Source: Narcine bancroftii
Taxonomy: Eukaryota
Direction of reading: 5' to 3'
DNA length: 64,000 nt
NCBI RefSeq assembly: GCF_036971445.1
Contig: NC_091479.1
Coordinates: 74,276,001 to 74,340,000 of the forward strand
In this document: positions 12,508 through 25,171 of the stretch, piece by piece
Numbering within the stretch: the first letter of the stretch is position 1
Layout: each line of letters begins with the position of its first letter
The notes under the pieces: model-generated
What the model was told of the DNA's origin: nothing
What the model saw: the letters and a program-made list of their open reading frames with translations, nothing else
Database searches by the model: none
Made by a program: the position numbers and the translations under genes

Positions 12508-12730
12508 CCTTGCAAGCAGATCCTGAAATTGTTTCGGATTGAGAGGCAGTAAAGACCTTTCAATCACTTTGCAGAATTCGCCTTTGGTGATCGTCAGTCT
12601 CCGTTCAACATCGTAAGCATCGAAAGTTCTTCGTGAGTCTCTTTGCCTTTCTTTCTTTAGCCCCCCTGAGCAAGAATGCATGCGATTTTTGTAATGGAGC
12701 AGCCCAGGCCTGTGTCTAAGCTCAATGAAC
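12508..12730 (-). CDS. EFCAB6: EFCAB6 coding exon (223 nt; first EF-hand region)
   Basis: catttcttag|...AGG|gtgatt; RRTFDAYDVERRLTITKGEFCKVIERSLLPLNPKQFQDLLAR vs human QKAFQLLDTGQNLTVSKSELRRIITDFLMPLTREQFQDVLAQ; 5' boundary less certain (alternative acceptor at 12665). Confidence 0.8.
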
Positions 12731-15089
12731 CTAAGAAATGAATTTTTAATCAAGTTTTAACAGAAAAGCAGGTTTTTGATCATTGGCAAGAGGGGCGGGC
12801 GTGGGGCATGTGGGAGTTGGGTTGTGTGGTTAAGTCACTGAGGCAAGTGGGAAGATGTTGGAAGAAAATGACATGGCGGGAAGAAACAAGTTCTGTTGTA
12901 GAGAAACCACGAGTCCATCAGGACAGTCTTCTTTGCCAACATTAGAGAAGGTGGAAATGGTCTTTGGGAACAATGAAGATCTTGAGGAAATTAAGTCCGT
13001 GCTTATTTGTTCGATCGTTGGGTTATTGGAGGAATGAGATGTCAGAGACTGGCAATTGACCTCTCAGTTCTCCAAGCACACCGCCCTTCAGATTCAGAGT
13101 GAGTGGTATAGCAAGCAATTAGATTGAGGGAAACATAAAAAGAAAACAAGGGGAAGAGGTCCAAGTGGATTAAGAATTCTGAAAATGGACAAATAGTTCA
13201 CAATCTAAGGTTAAGAAACAGTAAAAGAAATGGGTTCAGCATACTTTATACAAATGATATAGAAGGAAACTGAGGCCTCTGCTGTGTCAACCATTCAATA
13301 ACAAAAGGGGGAGATCAAAAGGGATAATTAAAATGCAGCAAGGATAAAAACTGGACTGACAGGTGGGTGTCAGAGTTAAATGAAGGGGAAGAAAGATAGT
13401 ATTCAAGAACTGTTGAAATTTGAATCCCTGAAAATACAGGGCAAAAAAGTTTTTTTTAAAAAGCAGGTAATGCAAAGGGTAATGGTCTTAATGTTTAATT
13501 CAACAATTCAGACAACCACCCATTCCAGTTTGTATCTGAGCTGGCTAGTTCCACAAGAAGGTCACCAATCTGAAACATTAGCAGGTTTCATGTCTGGCCT
13601 CCACCTCTTGGATCTAAAACTTAAAACTTACCTTTCAGACAGCAGCCCTAAAAGGCTGCTCCAGCGTCCCATTCATATTCAGAGGCGCTTTGTAGCATCC
13701 TCCAGAGCCTGTGGAGGCGAGGCGACTGGTGCCGCAGCATCACCTGCCATAAAAATGTGGCAGAGCAATGGCTGACTTACTTCGCTACCCATAATTCCCC
13801 GATGAAGCTGGAACCGCTCTGTGGTTCCCAGAACAGTTCTAGCTGCATGGGGGATTATGGGTAGGGAAGACAGCCATTGCTCCGCCGCATTTTGAGCTGC
13901 AGAGAGCAGCCCCGAATGTTGAAATGGCCTGATGTGGTTGTCTCAGCCTGCACCAGCTGCCCCCGACGGCTTACCACCAGCTCCTGGTGTCTCAACGGCC
14001 CCCACTGACAGCTCCCGCAGCCCTGACAACCCCCGCTGGTGGCTCCTGCTGCTCTGATGGCCCCCGCTGCCTCAACGGCTCCCGCCCACCGACCCTGCCT
14101 TGGAAGGAGAGGTGTGAGTGGGGAGGTGGGTCTTGGGCTTGCAGTGGCTGTACATTCAGGTCAGATGGCAGAGCGCAGCACTCCACCGATTATCCTTCCC
14201 CAAGAAGGGATGGAATTGGCGCCTTGGAGCTGCCCACGGCATATTCAAAGAGATAAATATTTAGGCAGAGAGTGTTTGGCCTGCCGAAAGGCCTATTAAC
14301 TGTTTCTCCCTCCACATATACTGTAATTTCCAACACACACAGCATTTTGCACCTTGGTTTCATTGTATTTTTCTTAATCTTCCCCATTTTCACTCATTTC
14401 TTTATTTGTATCTCAATTGCACACAGGTTGTAAATGATTGATCAGCCCCTAGCACCCTCCTCGGGTGTCATTACCACATGTAATTTATTCCCTGTGAATT
14501 CACCATCTCATCACATATGTTTTTTACTCTTTCTCAACCCACCCTTGCCCTCTGCTATGAAACCGATTTTCACGTTTTCTCAGTTCTGATAAAATCCCAT
14601 GGATTTGAAACTCTGTTTCTCACTCGAGGGATACTGTCAGACCTGCTGGATACTTTCAGTATCTTTTATTTCAGATTTCTTTTCCAGTTTTTTTTCCAGT
14701 TACCTTGCCAGGTAATCTATATTGAGGATAAAATGTCATAAACATGCACTGTACATTTGCAAAGTCACCACTTTTTTCTGCTCATGAACAAAACAGTTAT
14801 ATAAAATTATGTTCCCTATCTGCATTGCTGACAAAATTATATTTTACATTTTTGTTGCTTTTTTTCACAGGTGGTAAAATCCAACAATAGAAATCATAAT
14901 TAAAAGGAGCTATCGCTCCCAACTCAGATCCAGATGGTTCCAAAGAAATCAAAGACATACTTTTGTAGGCCTGAAAGACCCTTGAGAAATTACTGCCAGT
15001 CCCATTCATCAAGGACACATGACCAAAACACCTGCCTGCCATTAAATGCCAAGTAAAAATTGCTCCCTTTCACAAATTCATCCAACAGT

Positions 15090-15395
15090 TGGTTCAGCAA
15101 ATGGGAGAAAAGACAGAAGAATTTTACTAGGATGTTATTTGGAACAGAGGGGATGAGACTTTGGATAAGCTTGGACTGTTTGCTCAGGCACGTCAGAGAC
15201 TGAGGGGAAACCTGATGGAAGTATTTATATATGTATATTTAAAGTTATGAGAGCCAATAATAAAATGGACATTCAAATATTTATTTCCAGCATAAAATGT
15301 TGCATAGTGCGGGGGGTGGGGTTTTAAGCTGCCAGAAGAAGCGAGGAAAGCAGACACTGGACTAATGTTTAAGAAGTATCTTCACAGGGACATGA
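15090..15395 (+). mobile_element. Degenerate CR1-type LINE fragment
   Basis: tttactaggatgtt...ttggataagcttggactgtt...agactgaggggaaacctgatggaagta. Confidence 0.6.
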
Positions 15396-15640
15396 AACAC
15401 TCAAGTCTGCAGCCGCTGTGATTGTAGTAAAAACATAGAAATACTTGAAGAACCCGACGTTTCAGACGTGTACAAACGGTCCAGATTTACGTTGGTTTGG
15501 ATTATGCAGTTCTAAAGGTCCAATTTTTGCAAAATATGCCAATCCTGACTGAGAAGTTTATGCCTGGTTCGTATTTGGCAATAAAAATATTCCAGTAAAT
15601 TGGAATGTGTGAACATTTCATTTTTAGTGTCCCGATTTAC

Positions 15641-15774
15641 CTGAGGCTGATAAAATCACGTCCTGAGCCCCTCCGGGGCGTTTTCTGGGGTCTTGCAGTC
15701 AGTGGCATTCCACGAGACTCCAAACAGAGCGACCCCAGGTCCGGGGTGGATCCGACCATCCTCTTCGGAATCAT
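15641..15774 (-). CDS. EFCAB6: Putative first coding exon of EFCAB6 (exon 15641-15796, ATG at 15774)
   Basis: cttgtag|...CAG|gtaaat; open frame MIPKRMVGSTPDLGSLCLESRGMPLTARPQKTPRRGSGRDFISL(R) ends in phase 2 and joins 12730 in frame; no recognisable homology for this peptide. Confidence 0.6.
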
Positions 15775-16342
15775 CTCCACTTGGTAGAATGGTGACCTAC
15801 AAGTACAGGCGATTGCTTTCTATCAAATTCAAGACTCTTGAAACCTGCCGGTCTCATTCACACTTCAAACACTATCCACCTTCACACGACACGGAATGTA
15901 TCTTTGAGCACGATCCGATGGGAGAGCAGAGTTGCAAAGGGGGTTCTGCTTCTCATCAAGTTTCACAGGCCAATTTGCAACAAGTTTTAAATAGGTTGAG
16001 TGCTTCCTATTCAATAACACGCCACCGATGCGATGGCCCATAAAGTCTTTATCCAAAGGGGTGGAATGAGACATCACACACTATTTCAGGGTCGAATTAA
16101 CCACGTTTCCAAAAACCTCGCTTTCCCTCCAGCCCCAGGACCCCGTCCCCTTTCCAAGACACCGATCCATTGTCACGTCTTACTCCCTTTCCCCATACCC
16201 TCTCTGTTACCTCCTCTCCTCTCCCTCCCTCCACGTTATCACCCAGCCCCTGTTCCACCACCACCTCCATGGACCCCCATCTCCCACGTCCTCGCTGTCA
16301 TTCCCACCCTCCTTCCCATGGGCTCCCCGAAGGCGACCTCAC

Positions 16343-16490
16343 CACTTCCCCGACCCGGCGACCCGTCCTCCCGCTCCCGGTGCACGGACGTGGTGCAGTT
16401 GCCGAGCAACGCCGTGACTGGTCGCAATTGTGGACACGATCCTGATTGGCTGAGTCCGCAAATCGAGTCTCCCCGATTGGTCTGCGCTTT
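16343..16490 (-). promoter_or_regulatory. EFCAB6: CpG-rich EFCAB6 promoter and putative non-coding exon 1, with an RFX X-box and two CCAAT boxes
   Basis: GTTGCCGAGCAAC at 16398-16410; ATTGG at 16445-16449 and 16476-16480; donor GTG|gtgagg at 16343/16342; local CpG enrichment. Confidence 0.7.
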
Positions 16491-18059
16491 GCAACTTCAA
16501 GGAGGAAGTCGAGGTGTGGGTGCAGACGCTGGGAAGGGCACTGGCCCGAAACACCGGTGCATCAGCTTCACCTCCTGCGAGAAAGCCAGCATTTCTGTGT
16601 TTTTACTGGGGGACAGACGGATCCATCAGTTCTGAGAGGATGATCCTTTTTTGCATGCTTGGCTTGACCTGCTGCTGTGATTTTCAGATTTAGGAATCCA
16701 CTGCTATGTGCACACCTCGGAAAGATCTGCCCTGTTTTAGTGTGAATTTGTACACAACGACAGGGGGGTCAAGATCGAGCTTTTACACCGATGAACATTG
16801 GGCCCTTGGATGCTAAATTAGCTCAAAAATAATGCAGGTTAAGATGACTCCACGGTTTGTTGACACTGCAACCAAGACTGAGATCCAAACGCCTCCTGTG
16901 GTGGACTGCCCGCTGTGGTGGAGAGCTAGAAATTAAAATAAACATTCACACCAAACACACCAGTGTGTTATTCTTTCATACTCGTTTATTACCCCTAACT
17001 ATCATCAGTAAATACCTTCCTCATCCCAACTCATTGTTCAAAGCACTTCATTGGAACAAGATCAAACACATTTTGAGAATAAATCTTCTTGAGTCAACTA
17101 CAATTTGTAGTTGGTACAGATTCATGAGCAAACATTGTTGAAGGAACTTAGTGGATCAGGCACCATCCAAGGCTGACCATTTCTACCCATGAGTGCTTGC
17201 ATTTTTCCGGTACCTCGTTGTTTGCTCGTTAATAGCTGCAGTTTTCTTGATTCTGTAGTAGATTCACATTGAAATTGGAAAAAAAAACTAATTTTGACGA
17301 TTTCTAATTTTATTCCCTTACCTTGAATGATCTCTATCCAAATGTTCCATTCTGCCTACCTGAAATTATTTCACATACAAACAAAGATGAGTTCATTATT
17401 TAATTTTGAAGCTGTCTTGGTGAAAGAGAATAAAATAACATAAATATAATAAGAATGTAGAGTCCAATATTTGAAATCCAAAGTGACATTTCAATGTTGG
17501 TAGCACACTGGAAATTGTCATTCAGATGTTAAATTGTATTCCTTGAAAACAGGAGTCCTGAATGTATAGTTAATGGCAAGTATGTACAATAAACATGTAC
17601 CCATATTTAAAATACCAAGTGGTTTGGAGAAGGCTTGCTTTAAAATGACTGCAACAAGATTCTAGGAACAGAACAAATCCCTCTAATAAACTAGTGTAGC
17701 AGATTGATAATGCTGCACTTTCACAAAGCATCATATTTCAAAAGTAGATATTTGAACACCATCAATGGTAGTGTCCATGATAATCCTTCGGCAAAATTAA
17801 ATTAATTTTAAAAAAAAATTGTTTGTCATGCTTCTTCCAAGTAATGGCTCTCATTTATGATTTTTTTTAAAAGAAAAACTCAGCTAATCTTTAAGATGCC
17901 AGAACATGATCACTTTTTGTGTATCACGCCCAGCAGTTCATTCTCTTGACATCACTTTCAACTTCAGAAAAAATAGAATAAACTATTTTGTATGAACACC
18001 TACCTCAGAATTTAAATAGATGGCATCCGAGATAACGGATAAGGAAGTTGTCTGATAGC

Positions 18060-18350
18060 TGGAGCCTGTTTCCCATGGTGAGGATGTTTAAAAGTAGAGA
18101 ACATCGATTTAAGATGAACAGGAGGAGGTTTACAGAAATCTCAGGGGTAAATCATTCGAACAAAGAGAGTTAGTATCTGGACAAGATGCCAAAAGAGGTG
18201 GGGGAGTCAGGAACAATCTCAGTATTTGAGGTATGTCACCGGGGTAAGGCATAGAAGGATATGGAATTAATAAAGTCAAGTGGTATTGGTAAAGATAGAC
18301 ATAACAGTAGCCATAAATGTGATGACCCGAAGGATCTGTTTCTATTTTGC
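18060..18350 (+). mobile_element. CR1-type LINE 3' fragment
   Basis: gcctgtttcccatggtg...tttaagatgaacaggaggaggttt...ctggacaagatgccaaaagaggtgg. Confidence 0.6.
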
Positions 18351-18459
18351 ATAACTCCTTACTTCCAGCTCACTCCTGAATTATTTTTGAATGGTAAGCA
18401 GTGCTCAATTTTCACCATCAAACATGGTTTGGAAAATGGCTTGAATCAGACCTTTCCAT

Positions 18460-18584
18460 TTGAGAGAATGGCAGTGGACATGCTACCAAATATTGAGAGA
18501 ATGCAGTGGACATGCTACCAAATATTGAGAGAATAGCAGTGGACATGCTACCAAATATTGAGAGAATGGCAGTGGACATGCTAC
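18460..18584. repeat. Minisatellite, ~33-bp unit, ~3.7 copies
   Basis: ttgagagaatggcagtggacatgctaccaaata repeated. Confidence 0.9.
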
Positions 18585-19749
18585 CTATTAACTGAACAAG
18601 GACATGGGGTTAAAAGAACATAAAACCATGGAAAGGTTTTGCCAAATTTTTGGCAACTTGGATGAAACATTTGATGGGAAAGGTTATTAGCAGTGGTGAT
18701 CATCTGCATGTCACAAGGGTGAACAAAGCTACAAAGAGGATGGGGAATGTGATATTAAATACAATAATGATGAGATCCATGAAACACTGGAAAAGAACAT
18801 GAAAATCATGAAAATGCAACCTGGAAACAAGAGTGCAAGGAAATAAAATATTACACTTGCTTTTCGATAGGCTCATTAAAAATAGGGAATCTACAAAATT
18901 ATTAGAAACAGCTATAGGATGCAATAGTGAAAAGTTTGAAGATTCTTTGTAAAAATGCTTTCATTGGGAAAATAAACAATCTTGAATTCAAACCAGATTA
19001 ATGATTTATTTCATTTATAGTTGAGTTCTTCTATTGCACAGATTGGTTGCCACAGTTCTCTTTACACAACAATAGCAAGTACATTTCTGATTAATTCATG
19101 GTCTATGAATTGTTTTGAGACATTCATCACATGGCAAAGATGGATCATAGATATTTTCTGTTCCAGTGTAGATGACTTCCATCGGTACATAAAGTTTTTA
19201 ATTTCTCCAAAAAAAAATGGAACAGTATGATGGGACCAGCAAATAAATGGAGGTGGGGGGATAAATAACTGAGGAACGATAACAGAAAATAACAAAATAT
19301 GAGCAGTAACTGAGGCTACATGGCAACTGATATGCTTAGAAATAACAATGATTTACTTAAAGTGCAATCAAACACATTTTGAGATGCAAAACAATCATTG
19401 CCTTTTTTCTGGAGCTTTCTTTCATCATCAGACATTTTGATGATATTATTCTGATATGAATAATTCTCTGGAGCAGCAGAAAATAATTCAAAATCTTATG
19501 TTTGCAGCAGCTTTCAGTGACATTAAAAGTTTAATGAACAATGGACAAGGTGGCCATTCATTGCCAGTGTCTAGAAATACCGATTATCTCGAAATACTAC
19601 AGTATTTGTGTGGAGACAGTAAATGTTGCTCCTCAGTGTGACCCAGGCAGCTGCAAATCTCAAAAAAACTTCTGACTAGATAAAGCCTTCTGAATCATTC
19701 ACAGTCATCGGAATGCACCATTTTCTTGTGCCCAGGTTTTAAAAAAAAA

Positions 19750-19948
19750 TTTAGACATACAGCATGGTGACAGGCCATTTCGGCCCATGAACCCGTACCA
19801 CCCAATTAACATACAACCCTGTACGTTTTGAACAGTGGTAAGAAACTGAAGCCCCCACAGACACGGGGAGAATGTACAAACTCCTGACAGACAGCGCGGG
19901 ATTCAAACCCCAGTCCCGATCGCTGGAGCTGTAATGGCAATGCGCTAG
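19750..19948 (-). mobile_element. tRNA-derived SINE
   Basis: tttagacatacagcatgg...acagacagcgcgggattcaaacccc. Confidence 0.75.
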
Positions 19949-20389
19949 GTGCAGGAATTAAATGTGTAATTTAAAAAAAAACACATATGATTTAACTGAA
20001 ATTTGGTGCAGTACGGATTGACACAAATATTCATTACATCTCAGGTAAACAGCTGAGGCAAGTCTTTTCATAAAGATCTTATTAGGTATCAAATAGAACT
20101 GAAACTGCAGAATGATAATGGGGGCTCTATTAAACAGTACGATTAAATAACTTTTTAGTATTTGCTGAGACAGAAAATGTATTAACAATGCAACTTCCCC
20201 ATGTATGCCTGTGCGAAGACATTTAGGCATTTGCATAACTAAAGGTCTGAAGAACATCACTTTCAAGAAAACCATCAAAACTCCAGAACAAAATTTTGAG
20301 ATGTTTCAATAAATTTTGTTAAAGGCAATATCAGGAACAGAATAAAAACACATTATTGACTCCCATATTTAACTGCAAAATAGATGCAG

Positions 20390-20600
20390 ATGTTCCAACA
20401 GCTCGTAGAGCTGCTGCCTCACTGCACCAGTGACCTTGGTTCAATCTCAACTTCCAGTGCTCTCTATGCAGTTTGTACATCCTCTTCGGGACTGAATGGA
20501 TGAACTCTAGAAACTCTTAATTTCCTCCCACATCAAAGATTTGCATATTAGTAGGTCAATTGGCCAATGTAAATTGCCCCCATTGGGCTAAAGTGAGTAT
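20390..20600 (+). mobile_element. tRNA-derived SINE, degenerate
   Basis: gtagagctgctgcctcac...gaccttggttcaatc (B-box-like)...tttcctcccacatc. Confidence 0.6.
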
Positions 20601-22979
20601 TATTGTATTATTCTATACATTTCTAAGCTGTATCAGTTGGAAAATCACAGCATCAAAAGCTAACAATAGTAACAAACCAACATTAAAACCTTTAGACAGG
20701 AGTAGCAATGATAGCTGATATCCTTTCTCCTTATTTAGTCAGGTTAGTTTGAATAGAACACATATCACTGATTAGCTCCTTTCTTGATCACACAGGGGAA
20801 AATTATCACACCAGGCATAAACTGAGAAATGCACAGTACCTCCACAGCAAGTTTAAACTTTCCAAAAAAAAATCCTTTACCACTTTGAGGATAGAAAAAA
20901 AAGTTAAAAAAAATCAGTCAGGCACAAAAATGACAGCAAGTGAATATGCAATGGAAGTAGTTGTAATACAGCACCATAACTTCTGTGAAGAGTTGTCACC
21001 AGAATCATTCTTCGAATGAAGAGTTTTTCTGGAAGATCTTCCTCCTCAAATCCCACTATGCCTCCAATATTTGGTTATTAATGGAGCACATGGCAGGTTT
21101 GAAAGGGGCTTTATCACTGATTTCAATACCAGGGTTGTCATCTCTGCAGAGGCATGCAAAAAAAAATATCAAACACGGCAAGATTTCAAGCAGAATTATT
21201 TCAGATACCAAGAAGAATGTTTTTTTTAAAAAAAAAACAGCATTTGCAAACTGATTACCCATTTATCACAATAAACACAGACACTTCAGGGTATCATAAA
21301 CAAAAATGATTTTCCTCTAATTATCTATTCAACCATCAGTCAGACTTCATGTTGGCATTTCAACTGCATTCCCCCAAAAATGAAGAAGATCAGATTGTTT
21401 TGTTTATTTGGCATCAGGTTTAAAAATAACAAAACTGCTTAACCTTTTTAATAACAATCATGAAGTTAATATTTCAGCCAAAGAATATTTTCAACTCTTG
21501 GTCCTGAAAATGGAAATTACCATTCAATGGACTTGCAGAGGTTGAGAACTAGCATTGGGTTATAATGTAAGACTGACTGAGAGACAGTGAGAAACAATTT
21601 TAAGGAATTGCTCTGGTTTTGCCTGAGACTGGGATAAATAATGTATACATTTATTATTAATAGCATCCATTCTTACATTAATATTCAAATATGATTTAAC
21701 ACTAATTGTTCAACTGAATTTTGGAAAAGTCATCCCAGATACCATTACAGACAAGTTTGAAGCGTTACATGAAAATTAATAATTTTAAAAGACTAAATAG
21801 GATTTTGTTTTAAACCACGTAGTCTCGAGTAGCATATGGGAAATGATTTGCTTGCATTAAAGTGAAACAAAAGAGTCTGCAGATGCTGTGATTGTAGTAA
21901 AAACAGAAAAATGCTGGAGGAACTCAGTAGATCTCATAGCATCCATAGGAGGTAAAGATATACAGGTATATTCAATGTTTTGGGCCCCAAGTCCTTCTTC
22001 AAGGCAGTGCTCACATTAAATTGTTTGTTTTGGAAAGAACAAGATGTCAACCAGAAAATGCTGTCGATAAATGTTCTCAAATTTGGGAAGGGGATTCTTC
22101 TCGTATGGAAATTTTATTACAAATTTTAATAGGTTTAAAAAATAAAATGACAATATCCAGTGTAGAAGATGTGGGTGATTGGATACCAGATTTCTCCTTC
22201 ATTTGTCTCCCCATGCCATTGCTGCAGATTTGTGGAATGCATCTTATTTCAACTACATTAATTTATCCATTCCTATCACACTTGTCAGGTTACATCACTG
22301 AACCACTTACAAAATAAGTTCAAATTTATTAATCCTGAGGATACTTTGTGAAACAGTGGTTGATAAATTACTGAAACCACTGACCCTGTTGCATAAATAA
22401 ATTACTTGGGACCAATGTTTTAACCTTCTTGAAAGTATTGAAACTAATGGATCTTTTTTTTCCATTTTACCTGTCATCTTTTTAAATCTATATGAATTGG
22501 AATAAACACTACCTAAATGTTTATTACTTTTAATCCAGGTGTGGACACTAAATTGACACTAACTAGAATATCTAATCAATCTGGAATACGTCACATAATG
22601 ATTACAGAAAATAAATAAAATCTATTTTGCAGCTGTATTTTTCCTTATAATTTTGGTTTTGTTTGTGGGAGTGCAAGTATTTGTTTGCATATTTTTAAAT
22701 AGTTATTTTGGAGTATAGAGTCATTGTCCTTGCCATCAAAACTACTAGTTTATAATCAAGTTGCTTTCTTAGACAATGTGCCTTCGAATTCTACTAAAGG
22801 CAGCACACAAGTCAAGGTGGCAACAAGTGACAAACTTACTATAGATAGAGAATACCCAATATCTTTCACTAAAAGCTGTCATAATGCACATAACAGCAAA
22901 GATTAGCCAATGAATGATAAACAAATGCAGAGATGCATTTCTCATGTTGAGAATACTGAAGCGCATGCACGTTCCTTCC

Positions 22980-23092
22980 TTAAAGGCTGAAGTCGAAGTT
23001 GAGATCAGATTTTCCCATCTTCTGTTTGAAAACAGCATCAAATTTCTCATTCATTGATACAGTGAAGATATCCTTCCATAGGCCAACTCGAA
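22980..23092 (-). CDS. SULT4A1: Sulfotransferase 4A1, exon 7 (last coding exon, ends TAA)
   Basis: aatttcag|(V)RVGLWKDIFTVSMNEKFDAVFKQKMGKSDLNFDFSL*; 113 nt. Confidence 0.95.
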
Positions 23093-25064
23093 CTGAAATT
23101 TCAAAAAGAAATAAGTGCAACTTTAAATTCAGTTTGATGTGTTTCCTGAAGTTTAAGGTTAGAGACAATTGAATTTGAATCAAGGAGCTGCAGGCAACAC
23201 AATGATTCTGAGATCGTTACAAAATACATCATCATAATTGGATTGAAGTATGTCATGAGAGAAGAAGGCTGCAGAAGCTGTGATTGTAGCAAAAACACCA
23301 AAATGCTGGAGGAACCCAGCTGGTCAGAAGGATGTCATTACCAACTATGGCAATCAGGTTCAGAAGTAACAAAGAATGCCACCTTGGTTACTCTATGATC
23401 TCCTTTAATGTCCAATTTCTGGGAAAGATACAATTTTACAATCTGAAATAGTTTAGTGATACAGTGATAGATCCACTTTAAGTTGCAATATTAGAAGATA
23501 AATAGGTATAAATTAAATTGCACAGCTAAATTATTCAGTCAACCATATTATTCATTTGTAATCTTATCCACCAATTAATAGGAGATGGATGCAGAATAGC
23601 AGTTTAGTGTGTTCTGACCTTTAAACATGTTCTCAGTAATCTGTATTGTCCACTAAACTTTGTGTACTTTTAAGATATATCAAGGGTGAAGAATACAAGG
23701 TCTGCTAGCTGAACAGACTTTGAAGTCTATTGTTAGAGATACAAACATGGAAGCAGGCAGAAACTTGATTTTGGGAGTATAACCTGCAGTCAAACAAGAT
23801 GCCAAGATTGATCAGCATTGGTTCAGAAATGAAACACAGAAGTATCTTGCATTCAAGAGTGCCAAAAGCAACAGACAGGTTAAAGAGAATAAAAAGTGAT
23901 TACTCAAAATGGTTTAAAAAAAAACACATTCTTTTGAGGAAAAAGTTAAAAGTTGGATCAGTAGTTTACAACAAGGGAATTAGAGATATACCCAAGGTAG
24001 GGAAAATATAATGGCAAATGTTGGGCCCATATGCAGAAGTTCTATTGACTAATTTATTAGAATTTTGTATTTTGAAAACTGGAGGCAAGTCTTGTAGACA
24101 AAATGAGCATGAGGGGGACAAAGGGGGAATATTTTGCAGCCTATTTTTTTTAAAAAAACACAAATGTAGTATTGGTGGACAAAATGTGAAGGAGAATATT
24201 TCTATATGATAATTGGTCATTTTTGTCAGATTTGTTTTTAATAATCACATTTAACCTGCATTACCATTCATTTGAAATTGTCAGATTTGATCTTGCAGAA
24301 GGCAATGGAAAATAAAACCATTGGTGAAGAAAGAAATATTGACCACTGAATCCTCCAGATTGTTAGTTGGCTGTTCCAAACTATTAAAAAATTATTTATT
24401 TTAATTTTCACATTCAAAATAAATTTTGACTGGCAGAGCAATACAGCACAGGAACAGACCTTTCTGCCCACCATGTCTGTGCCAACCATGATGTCAATCT
24501 ATCTTCCTGCTTAGAGTCTGTATCCGTCCATTCCCTGCTTGTTCATGTGTCTATCCAGTTGCCTTGTAAATGCTGATATTGTATCTACTTCTACTGCATC
24601 CTCTGGCAGCCCTGACTCCATTCCTCAATGGATCCTTTCGTCACATGCTTTCCTTAATTATCCATTACATTCGAAGAATTTAAAATAAGGGGCCTCATTC
24701 GTGCAGCAGGATGCTGTCACCAGACAGAAGATAGAATTAAATCAAGAAATTGTGATTCAGTGGTGGCAAAATTAGGTTTTAACATCTTCAAAACTTGTCG
24801 AAGGAGGGAACTGAGTGAATGAAGGAAGTTTGATGGCCTGCAAAGGATGAGTTGGTGGATGCAATTCAACTATCACACAGAAAAGAGAATGAGGAACATA
24901 TATACTTCTGCAGTTAGAATTTAGCAGCAATGAAGGGGAAGAGGAAAAGCATGTGTATCAAGTGATGCAAGGAGTTAGTTATCCATTTTAAATTAATTTC
25001 CTTTAATCAAATGCAGAAATTAAACTGAAGAAATATGCGATTAATCAAGAATTGCAATACCCAC

Positions 25065-25171
25065 CTTGCTGCAATCTATCTGCCTGTGGGTTTAGATGAA
25101 AAGCCATAAAAGAAGAGCATAATGCTACCTTCTCACCAATTATACTGTCTTCAGTTCAATGAGTTGAAATG
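25065..25171 (-). other. SULT4A1: Candidate stop-containing cassette exon in SULT4A1 intron 6
   Basis: Very strong polypyrimidine acceptor (ttttgttttttttttcctttttgtttttag); donors AAG|gtagca (25129) or AAG|gtgggt (25065); in-frame TAA at 25142-25140. Confidence 0.5.

Noticed and set aside
14704-14748. 45-nt exon-like segment in an EFCAB6 intron (AAG|gtaact donor)
   Set aside because: Introduces a stop in the required phase; weak acceptor; no homology
16033-16635. 200-aa Pro-rich ORF on the plus strand
   Set aside because: By-product of the GC-rich promoter region; non-ATG start and no recognisable homology
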